Positions 11,421 to 24,820 of a stretch of DNA of 64,000 bases are shown piece after piece; position 1 is the stretch's first letter, and each line of letters begins with the position of its first letter. The notes beneath the pieces were generated by a model. It saw only the letters and a program-made list of their open reading frames with translations. It did no database searches and was not told the DNA's origin. The position numbers and the translations under genes were made by a program. The stretch is from Takakia lepidozioides (Eukaryota; Plantae; Bryophyta). The stretch lies in NCBI GenBank assembly GCA_030704615.1, contig CM060734.1, positions 51,894,001 to 51,958,000 of the forward strand, read 5' to 3'.

Positions 11421-13185
11421 CATGACAGTTTAGCCATTTCTCTAAGGGTTTAGCCACGCCAAGCTAGGGTTTGTGTCTCTTGGACTCTAGGCTTCTTTGC
11501 ACCGAGCTATGGCGGCTGTGAAAAAATCAGCAAGGTATTCTTGCTCTTTCGGCTCCCACACACCACCAATAGTAACCCTAAGCCATGAGGAAAATGGTTG
11601 CCACAAACCAAGCCTTCTTTCTCACTTAGACTCCCCAAACACGCCACTAAACTCAATGGCAAACAACCAAGCCTTGCTGGTTTCCAGTCCTTGTGAGCAC
11701 TCATTCAAGCGTTTTCCTTGGCCATAGCATCTGTCTTAGAGCCTATCCAGCCCCCTATACCTGCCACTTCAAGAGCCATGCTCTATCTAGGCTTGAGGTT
11801 GAAACCCCAACTCAGAACACGCTCTACAAGTGTCGGACTGTCACATAAGAGCAGATCAGCCCCTTACCTTCTCTTCTAGTTCTCTAAGGCTTGAAAACAA
11901 AAACCTAATGAACTGAAGGCATGCTCCACACATGCCCCACTCTCACCACAAGAGAATCAGCCCCTTTGTTTCCTTTCTTGCACTCCCAAACTTGAAAGTA
12001 CAAGCCTTTAACAGGCTGAAAGCATGCTCCACACATACATTGCCCTCACATAAGGGAAGTCAGCCCTGCCCTCTTCCTTGCTTGCCCTCCAAGCTTGAAG
12101 ATGGAAGCTTCAATGAGCTGAATACATGCTCCACACATACAACCTTTTCACACAAGAGGTATCAGCCCCCTATCTTGGCTCCTTGCCTCGTTGATGCTCT
12201 CTAAGACAAGACTAAGCACTCCACAGCCTTTGCCAAGCTCCTGAAACCCTAAGGCTTACATTTCCAGCCACAAGACACTCATCTTGTGGTGCAAGAGCTC
12301 TTCTTCCAAGCTCTGAAACCCTAGGTGCACATTCCATGGCCTTGCCGCACCTCTTAGCTCCTATTCCAGCCCTGCTCTTGCCATGACAAGAGCCTTCTCA
12401 ATGCTGAAGCTCGAGATTGAAACCAATCTCAACATACTCCACAAAGTGCACTGATTTGCCCCAAGCCAAATCAGCCCTTTCGCTTGGTCTTGCAATCCTT
12501 CACACAATGAAAGCTCGCATTCCCAAGTCCAGTTCTCAGCTTTGTCACCAAAGCCACTATAACCTGTTTTTTACTGGTCTTCTTCCCAATTGTGCTTGTT
12601 CATGCATGTACATAATCTGAAACCATCAAGGTGCTCTGGAATTACCTGCAGCATGGTGCTTTCATCTCTGAAGCTGAAGATCGAATACCAAGGTCTACCA
12701 CCTCGTAACCCACATCGCCTCCGCTTCTAACAACCAAGGGCTCCACGGTGCTCCTTGAATAACAACCTGGTTTCTCTCATTCTCAAGCAAAAACCACAAG
12801 TGCTACAACTAACTCGTATTTGGCACTCATAGATACGAGCTGATATTTCTCGAGTGATAAAGAAGAAGAATACAAGCACAAGCTCATGCAAGCTCACAAA
12901 GCTAAAGCATAAACTCATGCATATATAACCTCATCACTCAAATACAAGTCAAGCCAAGTGCACCCCACACCATGGAGAATCCACACTACGGTGCCATAGC
13001 TAGGCGCGGTGAGGCTCAACTCAAGAAAGATGAGCCTCCCGTGCTTGCCGTGAAGATAACCACTCCAGAGCCTAAATCTTCCTTGACCCCTGGATTGACA
13101 CTTGGGCCAATCCCAAATGTCAATATGTAAAAGCTAGCTATTTCCTAGCTAGTTTCACACTAGTGGTGAAATAACTTGACAACTT

Positions 13186-13691
13186 AACCACCAGCTAGGG
13201 GGGCGATTGTGGCAGACTACTTTATTGTGCATATATGGGTGGTGTGGTTTGGACAGTGATGTAGTTGTGTAGCGATATGTATGCGCACGACAGCTGTCAA
13301 AGTTAAATAAACACGGTGTGAAACTAACTAGAATAAATCTAGTTATTTGTATTTAACACTTGGAATTAGTTCAAGTGTTAAGTCAGGTGTCAAGTTTAGC
13401 TTGACACCTGAACCATCTTATCTTCACGACTGAGCTCCCTCGCTGCTTAGCATCTGAGTGTACTTATGGAGGGAGAGTAGGATGTTGTGGGGTGGAGTCC
13501 CCATAGCTTGGGATGCCCCTGGCTTGACTCTTATTTTAACGAGTGATTATATTGTATTTTGTGTTTTTGTGTCAACAGACAGTGTGAGTTTAATTTTTAT
13601 ATCGATTGTGGCAGACTACTTTATTGTGCATATATGTGTGGTGTGGTTTGGACAGCGATGTAGTTGTGTAGCGATACGTATGCGCACGACA
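13186..13691 (+). mobile_element. 3' terminus of the plus-strand host element: PPT-B1-A2-B2
   Basis: AGGGGGG tract, 89-bp direct repeats 13204-13292 and 13603-13691 (3 mismatches); the spacer 13295-13602 is homologous over its first ~250 bp to the 5' terminus of copies 1 and 2. Confidence 0.85.
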
Positions 13692-13959
13692 GACTCGATA
13701 TGCACATTCTTTGCAATAACAACAACAATGGATATATAGACGTCCATGTTTGATATCAAGACGACATTTCTGAACGGAAATATTTAGGACAAATTTTTGC
13801 CGGTGCAGTACAGGTGAGTAGGTAGTGCTCGTGGGTTTCGATGATTCTTGAGGAACAGCACGAGCACAAGAGCTTACTTTTGGGTTTTGATAGGGAATAC
13901 AAAAAAAAATACGTGTCGGTGTAAATTTGTTTCGCAATTATTTTAATTTTTTTTAACAC

Positions 13960-14640
13960 CTTTAAAAAACAATGTTTGGTTTCGGAGTTTTCTTTTTCTT
14001 TTCTTTTCCTTTTTTTTTTGGTTTATGAAAACAACAGCACGTTAATGCACTCTGAAAACTTTTTTTGGGGGTTTTGATGGGGCTGAAAAACAACACACTT
14101 GCTTTGCAGCAGCCTCCACCCGTAGAAAAAAAAAAAAAAAAAAAAAAAAAAACTTCTCTACTGGGTTTTGACGGGGGCTAGAAAACAAGTGTGCGTTGCA
14201 GAAGCCACCCACCGTCGGTGGATAATCATCTTATGCAAGTATGGTTAACATAAGGGCCGGTGGAAGGAAAGACACCAAGAAAGCTCACCCAGGGGGAGAT
14301 GAAAAAAAAAAACAAAAAAAACACACAATTTTGTTGGGTCTTGACTTGGGCTGAAAACAAGTGTGTGTTAACAGCACACTTGCCTACTCACACCCCTATG
14401 CCACCCAAAAACAATTTAAAAAAAAAGAAAACTACTTTTTGGGTTTTGAGGGGGCAAGAAAATAAGACTTGCTTTGCAGCAACGCCCTCCCCCCAACCCA
14501 CCCAAAAAAACAAAAAAAAATTGTTCTTACGGGCCGGCTGGAAAACAAGTGTGTGTCAACACTTGTTTTGCAGCAACCCAATATTTCTGAAGAGTTCAAC
14601 GGTGAGGAGAAATTTGGTTCATACAAACGTAAACTTTAGC
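13960..14640. repeat. Probable non-autonomous DNA-transposon remnant with reiterated GGGCTGAAAACAAGTGTG-like motifs and A/T runs
   Basis: Motif recurs in both orientations (e.g. near 14080, 14175, 14350, 14535); no termini identified. Confidence 0.35.
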
Positions 14641-16562
14641 TTCAAGAGGGTTTTTTCTTTTTTCTTTTTCTGGTGGGTGCACCGTTTCCAATTATATTCA
14701 CTGTACCAATTCAATATGATTTTGAATACACTTTTGGGGATTCGATGTTTTTCTGTATTCTCCATGTTGTCATAGACAACATGAAGGAAACAATAGAGGA
14801 AATAATGCGGCCGCCAGCAACACTCCAACAACAGAGTAAGAGACAACTGGGTCTGAGAGATGCAAATACAAGACAGAGCTTCAGAGCCGTCTTCAAGGGT
14901 CTACAGTCTATACTAGGAGCACTCCTCCACAATCAGGTGGAAGAACTTGACCTTCTGTAAGAGGAGAATATCCATGCTGATCACTGTTAAGCTGCTTTCA
15001 CACAGCTTTTTACAGCATCTTGGTCCAATATCATGATAGTAGGGATGACTACAATATTGTGTGTGCACTATGTCAATCGGCAAGGACCACATCTAAAGTT
15101 CAGACAATACTGATTCCACATCTGCTGCACTCGTGCACAGGCTCATCTCTTTCTCTCTCTCCCCCTCTTCCCCTCCCTCACTGCAAATGCCTCTCCTTGT
15201 CAAGCAATGCAGGCTCTGGTCAGCAAGGTCAGCAAGTTCCTGAAACACCCACCAAGGTTTATGCATTCAGGGCTCTAATTGTTCTTCATGATGTCAGTGT
15301 GGACCAAATGTCACATGTGGAATAGATTCCACACCAGGTCCACACACTGACATCGAAAACACATTTGTCAACCAAATAGGAATAAGTTCAAGGCACTTTC
15401 CATTAAAAATCATCAGAAGTGCAACACAGTTTGTAACACCCTCGGAACCATTTACTTTGATAGACACCATATGGTGATCATTGCCATGTCAGGCACTACA
15501 AACACAAAGGGAAGTTTGGAGTCCAGCAATTACAGAGCACACATCTCTACGCACAGCCCATCAAGGGAGATAATGTACTGATAAGACTTCGTTTGCTGTA
15601 ACCTTGTAAGTTGTGGCCATAGACCCCGCGCCCAGTTTGGACAGAAACAGCCCGTCACCGGAGGAGAGAGGGAGAGATAGAGAGAGTGAGAAAGAGAGGA
15701 AACTCATTCCATCAGCGGGGGCCAGAGCTGAGGGACAAGGAATTCCATAAGAGTCCCCAAAGACAAACTGCCTCAAGCAGGCAAGCTGACTACCAGTTGG
15801 GTCCTCACAGTTGAAGGCCTCAGCCAAAGATGAGGACTCTCTAACGAGAGAGTAATATTTGTCCCGGAACTCACAGAAGTATCCTTTTGAGTATGTACAT
15901 ACTTACAATTGCAGGTAAGCAAAAAAGAAGTACTGAGACGATCAGATATATGGTTAGAGGGATTTTCGAAAGAGAAAACCAGAAACAAACAGCAAAGAAA
16001 AGCAAAACAGACAAGAAAATAGAAGCAAGGACAAAATAGACAAGGATACAAACAAAAAAACGACAAAAGACCAGACACAGGAAGAAATCTAACCCCCCCA
16101 AGAGAGTGAGAGAGCCACAGGAGACATGGAGGCAGTAAATGATGAGCAACACTCTGTATTAGAACAACAACTGCATTTCTTCTATATGTGACAGTATCCA
16201 GGAATACTTGTGTCCTAGACCACATCTGCAAATGCTTGAGCACAATCAAGCTGCCATTGAAGCTGGTACCAAGTTCAAAGGTAAGAGAAATAACTCCCTA
16301 ATATTACAGAACACTTCCCAAGAGTTTTCTGACAACATCCACTGCCATAGACAGGGATGTAGAACTAGAACTGGGGATAGCTGTACCAACATACACACTC
16401 ACCGAGTTATAGATTAGACACAGTTCACGACAGACCAATGTAGGTCTTATCTACATGTGAACTGCAGTCAGAGACCAACTTTATCAGTCAGCTACTAAAC
16501 CAAGTTAGTGAGAGACCCACACTACTTAGCCTGGAAGTACACAAATCACAAACAAAATAACG

Positions 16563-19500
16563 TTAGTAGGGTACAAAGATGGATTCAATCAGCTCCTGCA
16601 GTGGAGCCAGCTCCTTCTTGTCAATCAGTGCGAATTCCTGTCATTACAAACCACGTGGTCTTTGTAAGTACCTATGACAAGCATGAAATGTAGAAAACAC
16701 CAGCTACCACAGGCTGCAGATCTGGAGAAGAAGGCAATTCCAAAAGTATGCTTTGTCCTTCCACCAGAGTCTGACAGGCATCTGTGACCTACATTTCAAG
16801 CAATCTGATTCTGAATGAATACCATTCAGGCACTCCCTAGTTTGCTTGCTAAGTGGAGATAGAAAGTTTCAATGACATGCCTCTTGTGGGAGGGAAGAGA
16901 GTTCTGTGCATTAAACTGGCATGACTATTAAAACATTTTTTCCAGGAAAAATGTGGACTTGCACTTGCAGTCCAAACACAAGGCACTTAAAGGAACCACC
17001 ACCTAGCTTGGCTATAATAGTCCTCTTTTTTTACAACCTGTGAATTAAGAGAAAGATATAACACGGATCTGCAATGAAATGTGGTAAGAGTTTGGCTTGC
17101 TCCCCCTCAGGAGGGTCAGGCAAGTCCTTCCCAGTAGTGGAAAAGGAGTAAAAGACCAACTAGAAGCCATTTGTCAGCCACTTGTCTCATGCAAGTTGAT
17201 GAAAAGATGGAAGATAAGGCAAAATCTTTGCAGTTCAGTGGAAATTGACCAGAACAACAACCAGAAGTTATGGACTAGTTTTGTTAGCTACTTTTCGCTA
17301 TTTAAGTCTTCCTACATGATGAAACTAAGCCACTTATGAAGGGCAGTGGCAAGCAACAGAAGACACAGATATGGAAGGACACAGAAAAGGGGTGGATGGT
17401 GGAAGAATGGTTGTACATGGGTAAAGAGAATGAAGTGCTTGAAGCAAGTGTTGAGGTGGGCCTCCTCTTTAAGGCTCACAATCTTCTGGAAGTGGGAGTG
17501 GTAGATGTGTGCATACACTCTGAACAAACGCTTGAATATTGTCTTGACAACGTCTCTGAAGTTGGATGGAAATGGTGCCCCTGTATTTGTCATCATAAGC
17601 AGTTTTGTCAAGCACAGAAGAGACAGATTTTTTCCCAAAGCCCTACTACAAGGCTTGCACACACTTTCCGGTGGACTAGAGAAGGAGAAGGTGATCCTGG
17701 GGGAAGAAACTCACAGAGGGGGAAAACGAGAGATTGACAAAGAACCAACCCCCACCAGGTTTCTATGTCGCTTTAAGACTCAGCCAGCAATACAAATGCT
17801 GTATGACAGAGAAGATAAACACTTCCAGAGGCCAAACAGGACTTAAGTGAAGCCTGCATATAGCAGATGAGGGACTGTTGGAAGGTTAAAACTGTTTTCC
17901 CATTTACGCTGGAAGGTCATAATTGGACCTTGGACAGGTTGGATATAGGTCTCAAGTCCAATTTCACGGAATGACTAAAAGCACACATCACCAGCAAGTA
18001 ATGTCCTCTATATGCTTGCATACAGCTGAAAATTCTCAAGAGAGATAAAACTCTGTGTACCTAGTTTCTGGGGAAAGATGGACTCGTCATCAAGCTGTCC
18101 TTCAATCCAGTCCATCAAGTACTCTACATACTTCGGTGCTGAAACCTCCAATGGCTTCTTAATCTGCACACCATCAGCCCACCTGTACTCATACCTGCAC
18201 ACAGAATAAACAAGTTTAATTGAACAGTTCTGTGTAGGACACCTTTTTGTCTTTAAAATATCTGGAACCTACTCTGAAACTTAATGCAGAGAGTACACTC
18301 CAAATCGACAATGATGCACATACCCCGCAAGTCAAGCAAGCTATTCAGGCTGATATGGAGAACTACGAAACAAGGTCATATACTATTGCTTAACCCAATA
18401 TGTCCTAATCCCTAGAGCTTCCACGAAGAGTAAAGGGACATACTTTGGTCCAGCTGACATTGTCGGGCAATTCTGTGGGGTGCAGAACTCGGTCAAGGTT
18501 CCAAATAACAGGTTCACTTGATTGAAGAAATCCACCGCTGCAGCCCTCCCAAGCATCCTCCAATTAGGTCACCACATTCAGGATCCGAAAGCTCAATAGT
18601 CACCAAAGTTCCATTTCCACGAAACATCCTTCACACATGGTCCAATGTGAGGTGTTTGTCCACTCCTTGCACTAAATGGTTGTTTCTCAGACTATCAGTG
18701 AGTATAACAATTTCAAAATATGGATTGAAGACTCAATGCCACCACCAAATCACTTCATACTCTGGACAGCCATTTAACTGTCTCCACATTGACAACATTC
18801 TTCACTACAAAATGCCAGTCATCGCCTCTCACATTTTGCTCTCCCCAGGCCAGTTTGAGGTGTTGCTTTGAGTAGAAGTTGGGATAGGGAGAGACGTCCA
18901 CGCTCAATGTTCCCTCCAGAGTGATGGTTCCCAGTGCTCTAGTGACCATAGCCTCCATTGGACAGTGTCCTCTCAAAGCCCTCATCAGGATAAGGGCTAG
19001 CAGTGACCTGGACATGTATAACACTCTGATACAAGCATGGACATTTACTTAAGACCAGGAAGAAAAAACCGGTAGGCAGGCCACACAGGGGTTCAAAGAC
19101 CAATTACAGACCTCCAACAGGCAGCGAGAAAGATAGAAGAAAGAGAGACTCACTGTTGACAGCCAACCACTCATAGAGATCCTCCCCAGGAGGGAGTCGC
19201 ACAGCCTCCCTCAAATTGCCACTTCCTAAAGTGGCATCAATGTGCTTGCGCAACTGTGCCCCCTGCTTGGCCCCATCCAGTTCATGCAGATGAGCCACAA
19301 ACAACCCTCTAGATGTAAGCCAAGCAAACTTTCATGGGGAAACTCCAACCTTCATCAGGAAGGTCTGGTTGCTCTCCTTCTAAGCGTGGGCAAAAATTTA
19401 TGTCCATACTACCAAGTCCTCTTATCTTCATTTAGCTGATTGACAAGGATTATCAAAACACAAATGTCAATATTTGTCACGTCCATACTACAAAGTCCTT

Positions 19501-21748
19501 AATGAGTGCTTATCTTTGTTTAGCTGATTGACAAGGATTATCTACATACAAATGTCAATATCTGTTGTGACGAAATGAATTGATGGCAATGACAAATCTG
19601 TCTCTGGCTGACCCATTCTTTCTCCATCCCATGTTTGAAAACACAGAAAGAGCATGCTATTTAGTATGATGAGAGGTGGTCAAAACATAAACATACCTTG
19701 CTGCCATTTGGCGTACTCTTTTTAGGTCGGAATGTCCGTTGATTCCTGTCATCAATCATACAAACACCAATATGTCAAAACACCAGAGCAATCCTAGACG
19801 GTCAGAACTAGAGCTTCCAAGAAAAGACGGAATGTAAGGCAGTTGTGAGAGGCGAACAGGGAGTGAGAAAGAGAACGTACTCATAAGCTGTTGGTTGCCG
19901 TAGCCTTGTGGCCATAGACCCCGCACCCAGTTTGGGCGACACAAGGGGAACATACACTACCTTTGTGACGGGCTCACTCCAGTCATGGGACTTACCTTGG
20001 TATAAAAAATTGGTTTGGGCTCTGCAGATTTCCTCTAGAAAGCCCTTCACACAAGCATCAATCTGCAGCGTGTGAGCTGCCCAGCAATTATACCGCAACA
20101 GGGCCAGGACTCAACCTCGAGATTGGAAAGTTGGTGAAACACAGGGACTACGTGCAGGGACTATGTGTCCTGAAGAGGGTCACTCTCTGATGAGAATACC
20201 CCAGATATTGTATCAGAAAATGGATGCTGCCTTCACGCCACGCACACATCGGGCATTGACAATCTCCCTTTCCTCTCTGCATCTGTTTATTGTTCAAAGG
20301 TACTCCTCCCCTCCTCCTCCCCACAATCATCGAAGGCCACCACCACATATTTACTAATATTGGCTTCTAGCCTCCACAGATCAAAGTACCTCTTCGCACA
20401 ATCAATCAACTCCTGAAGATTGGATAGGGTATCCCCGAGGCCCACAAAGTCTTCCGCAAAACATAAGAGCTGGTATGGTGGCATCACCCACCTTTAACCC
20501 AAATCCCTCGCTTTCCACATCTTCAAGGAGCTGATTAATGTAAACATTGAAGGGCAGTACGGAGTGAGAGAGAAGGTACTCATGAGACGCTGTTAGCCTT
20601 TGGGGAGTGAGAGAGAGAGAGAGAGAGAGGTCATATTGTGCCCTTTCCTAGACAGTCTCACTGGCAAGTGACAACATCACATCCAGGGCCAGATAGGAGC
20701 TAGAGCAGCAGTGCTTTCTTGCATGAAGCCAGCCCGTACCCACACACATTCCTCAGGCTGAGTCTCCATACTCTGAAGGTAGACAAAGATGACAGGAAAA
20801 AATCAATGAGCATGTTCTCTCTCATTTTGTATCTTTCAATTTGGTCTACAGGAGAGCATAATCTAGACTCATCACATGCTCAGAAGCCTGACACTCCTGG
20901 AAGGCCATCCAACTCCAATTCGCTCAACCATATAACCAAACCACACCACCTCCGAGAGAAGTACAGATACTCGGCTTTCAACCAAAGATTGCTCCACACT
21001 TTGTGCAATAGGTTTGAGAACAAGCATACTAGAAGAAAATGAACTACATAAATGCCACTGAAAGAATTCAGAGCGATTTGCAGGTTCCATCGGTACAAGT
21101 CCAACACCATGAAGTGTTCAAACCTGTCACTGTCACCCTCACCTAAATTACAGCCACTTCCCTCTGATGACAGAAAATATTAATGCAGCTGCAAACCGCA
21201 CTTGACCCACCCAGAATTGAGGTCCACTGAACTCAACCTTCGTTTTCCTAGTACCACTTCAGGCTTCCAGTCAGTCTAGTTTTTAGGTTTCCTCTCTAGG
21301 AGGTGAGTCTAGCATTGATTCAGCCATCCCAGCAACGTCGAACGAACGGAGACTGTCATGCACCATCAGCAGTACAAAAGTAGTCCTACTACCGGGGTAT
21401 AGGCTGGAAGAGAAGGAGACATAACCGCAGAGCCGCGGAGTCCGAACATGCACTCTTCTTTCAATGACGAATGCCTCCAAAACGGTGTCACTCCTATGTC
21501 TACATACACATTGCATTTCATTTTATCCCGAGACAAGGGCGGGGGCGGGTGATCAGATTCATCAATCGTGCACCCACACATACGATCCGCACACTCACAC
21601 AAGCCAGATCTCCAATCCGACTCTCAAATTCATTCTCTCAAATTACATGACCTCAAGTATTCAACTGTTCTGAAGTATAATACTAGGAGAGATATAGCGA
21701 GGGACGGTACAGAAGGAGAGACAACCTGCCCAGCCCAAAGAGACTCAT
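16563..21748 (-). CDS. MOB1: MOB kinase activator 1 (7 exons: 21748-21726, 19745-19697, 19262-19154, 18537-18444, 18194-18061, 17580-17417, 16637-16563)
   Basis: Spliced protein [70 protein letters not shown]; all junctions GT-AG. Confidence 0.97.
19870..20560 (-). mobile_element. Truncated LINE (RT remnant, C-terminal Zn finger, 3' end) in MOB1 intron 1
   Basis: [34 protein letters not shown]; 3' tail shared with 15580-15650, 23680-24350, 29735-29780 and 36590-37110. Confidence 0.7.
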
Positions 21749-22266
21749 CGCGCGAGAGGCAGCCGTGTCTCCGGAACGCTGACGGCCTCCTCCGCACTGG
21801 AGCTGCTTCTTCCTCCTCCTTCCTACGATTGATTGTGGGTCATGGCCGCTGACCTGTGCAAAACCCAACAACCAAAATTGCTCGCACACCTCACAAACAC
21901 AAGATCTGTGCAGGCAAACAGCGCACACGAGTGCGAGGGACAACGCGAGGAAGAAACAGGTCCTGCAACCGGTCTCGATATATCCCGAATCTCCGTTGTA
22001 TTTCGTATCAACCCTTTTCACACAGCGCGTACTGTAACTTTTTTTTTTTGGGGGTAACTTTATCTACTTTATACTCTTTTACATCTTCTTACTTTTGTCT
22101 ATTTTTGTTTTTCTTTGTTTTTCAGAAATTTAGTTTATGACAAGGGGTATGGTGGGGGTGGAGTTTCTGGGGCAGGGAGGACAAGAGAAGTTTCTTTTGA
22201 TTTCCTTGTGTTTTCTGGAGTATCTCAGTTTTGTGCTGAGAAATGCATGAAGAGGTTTCGTGCTTT

Positions 22267-22651
22267 TGAGTTTCAACGGTGCTCTGGTCCCTTGCTTTTC
22301 CAGAAATAGAGAAAGATCACAGCTCTCATTGTTAAGCTTAGCTGTGTGGCCATCACTCTTCAGGCTTTGAGTTTCAATGGTGTTCTGGCCCCTTGCTTTT
22401 GGAGAAACAGAGAACGATCGCAGCTCTCATTGTTAAGCTTAGCTGTGTGGCCATCACTCTTCAGGCTTTGAGTTTCAATGGTGTTCTGGCCCCTTGCTTT
22501 TGGAGAAATAGAGAAAGATCACAGCTCTCATTGTTAAGCTTAGCTGTGTGGCTATCACTCTGAGTTTCAATGGTGTTCTGGCCCCTTGCTTTTGGAGAAA
22601 TAGAGAAAGATCACAGCTCTCATTGTTAAGCTTAGCTGTGTGGCCATCACT
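22267..22651. repeat. Tandem repeat, about 4 copies of a 101-bp unit
   Basis: Units start at 22267, 22368, 22469 and 22561 (third unit 92 bp). Confidence 0.95.
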
Positions 22652-23679
22652 TATTTTGTGACCACTTGAGGGCCTGTGTTCTGGAGCTTGTTCTATCCAA
22701 AGACCCCACTTTACCCACCTTAGAGTGTCCATGCTCTGTTGTGCACCCAGTAAAATGTCTACACAAGCCTGGATAGAAAGAGCTGTGAATACTGTGGTCT
22801 AATTCATTCCCAGTAGTGGTGAGATGATGAGATATCCAGTGCTGCTCAACCACAGCCATATTTGGAAGAGACTGACAAATTAGAAATCAGGTCAGGAAAA
22901 GAAAATCATTGCTGAAAAGGTTCTCTCTTGAAACTGAAACCAATGAACATATATTGCCAGACCCTAGCACCAAGGGAGGAAAATCATCACCAGCTGCAAT
23001 GCCAAGTGCACCTCTACACTGAGCTCAACGGGTGCTGCTGGACTGCCGCTACTCCATCATTGATCTACATCAAACCCCATGTCACATGTATCAGATAAAA
23101 TGGAGAAGCCTCCAGCAAGCTATCCTTAAGAAAGAGAGACAGATGAAGAGAGGCACCACATGAGCATTTGAGAATACCGTACTTCACAACCTGGGTCTCT
23201 GGTCTACAGTTAGAAATTTTAGAATTAGGTCTGACACTCCCATTATGACAAACTTGCTGATGCGTTCGATAATGCACACAATAACCAACACACCCCAAAG
23301 CAAAAAAGCAAGGGTAAGAACAAGCACTTCTTCATGTCCTTGGGTACCCAACATGGACAGTCTAGAGACTGTGTCTCTCTCTGTCTCTCTCTCTCTGTCT
23401 CATGGATGACCTCAAGGGTCTACCCACTCTCGGCACTAGACTGAAATTTAAACTCAGGGCAGGAAGCCTACCTTTGAACAGCAAACAGAAGCAGAGAGGA
23501 AAGGGAGAGTGCGATTGCCCATTGTGTGGGTAACCTGAAGACAATATTCATTTCCTGATTCACTGTCCGGGGTTTTCTCACCAGAGAGACGCTCTCCTCA
23601 AATCTATCAAGGGAATTGTGCCTGTACCTCTGTTTACGAACTTTGAAAGTCTTGGTGAGTTATGTCCAGGTGGATCTCT

Positions 23680-24350
23680 TGTGGTCTGACTTTTTCAATA
23701 TGTCACTGGTACTGGAGTTGGCTGAGCCAAAAGCCCAGGTCCTTCTGGGGCTTAGTTACTGGGAAAACCACACACAGCAGATTGATGCTTGTGTGAAGGG
23801 ATTTCTAGAGGATATCTGGAAAACCCGGAGCAATGCTTTACCAAGGTAAGTCTTACTACCAACATCAGCCCCTGACAGAGGTAGGTTCTGTCCCTTTGTG
23901 TTCCGCTCAAACTGGGCGCAGGGTCAATGGCTACAAGGCTACGGCAAACAACGTCTTATGAGTACATTCCGTCTCTCTCTCTCTCCTTTCAAGAAGACAA
24001 TATACACTTTCTGTTACATTGTCTGGGATACTCTCACCAGAGAGTGACCCTCTTCCGGAGCATCAAGAACATTGTCCCTGAACCCCTTTGAAAATCTTGA
24101 GGCTGAGCCTAAAGCCCTAGCCCTGTTGGGATCTAATTGTTGGGCAGCTCACACAGCAAGGTGATCCTTGTGTGAAGGGCTCCGATCTAGAGGATATCTG
24201 AAAAACCCAAACTAATTGTCTTAATAATGGTAATTCACACTATGGAGTGAGAGGTAGTATCTGTTCCCTTTTGTTTTGCCGAAACTGGGTGTGGGGCCTA
24301 TCGCCACAAGGCTGCGGCAAACAACCTCTTATGAATACATTCTCTCCTTT
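23680..24350 (+). mobile_element. Two tandem 3' fragments of the same LINE family, with CT-repeat tails
   Basis: [18 protein letters not shown]; tail GGCTACGGCAAACAACGTCTTATGAGTACATTC then (CT)n, and a second diverged copy. Confidence 0.7.
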
Positions 24351-24820
24351 TAAGTTGAAGTCTATGGGTGGCTTTGTAAATAGAGCCAAATGTGATCCTC
24401 ACCACTAAATAAACCATAGTGCCATCATCCACCTGATCATTGGCCCCATAATTTAGTCAAAACTGCGTTGTTTGAACAATCTGCTAATCTTGGTAAATAC
24501 GAGGGTGGAGAAGTTACAGCCTCTGGTATTCCAAAAACGCATATCTCAAGGATCAACCTACCATTAAAGCTGGAGGCTCTTGCCATCATCTACTTTCAAA
24601 GGCAATTTTCATCTACTATCCATCCATCTTTGCTCTTCCGCCTCCTATTCTCTACAAGAATTAAGGGCAATTACCAGCCAGCTCGCATCTCTTCACACAA
24701 AAGAAACAAGACTCTGCAAAGACTAAAGAATGACCAGAGTCACACAAAAGATGAGGAATGTAAGAAGGAGAACACATACAAAGCCAAAGTTTGTACACGA
24801 ATGAGCTGTTGCGATCTCTC

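Larger units (their letters stand above)
4344..13181 (-). mobile_element. DNMT-encoding Ty3/Gypsy-type retroelement, copy 1 (both termini intact, internally deleted)
   Basis: Sense-strand ends TGTCAAG...GCACGACA, 4-bp TSD ACTT (4340-4343, 13182-13185), domain order gag-PR-DNMT-RT-RH-INT tail-PHD, purine-rich PPT-like tract just upstream of the 3' terminal segment B (4344-4531). Confidence 0.9.

Noticed and set aside
4344-13292. One element with long terminal inverted repeats (B at 4344 and inverted B at 13292)
   Set aside because: The ACTT TSD and host continuity show two nested elements in opposite orientation.
22267-22651. CRISPR-like array
   Set aside because: No unique spacers; plain tandem repeat in a eukaryote.
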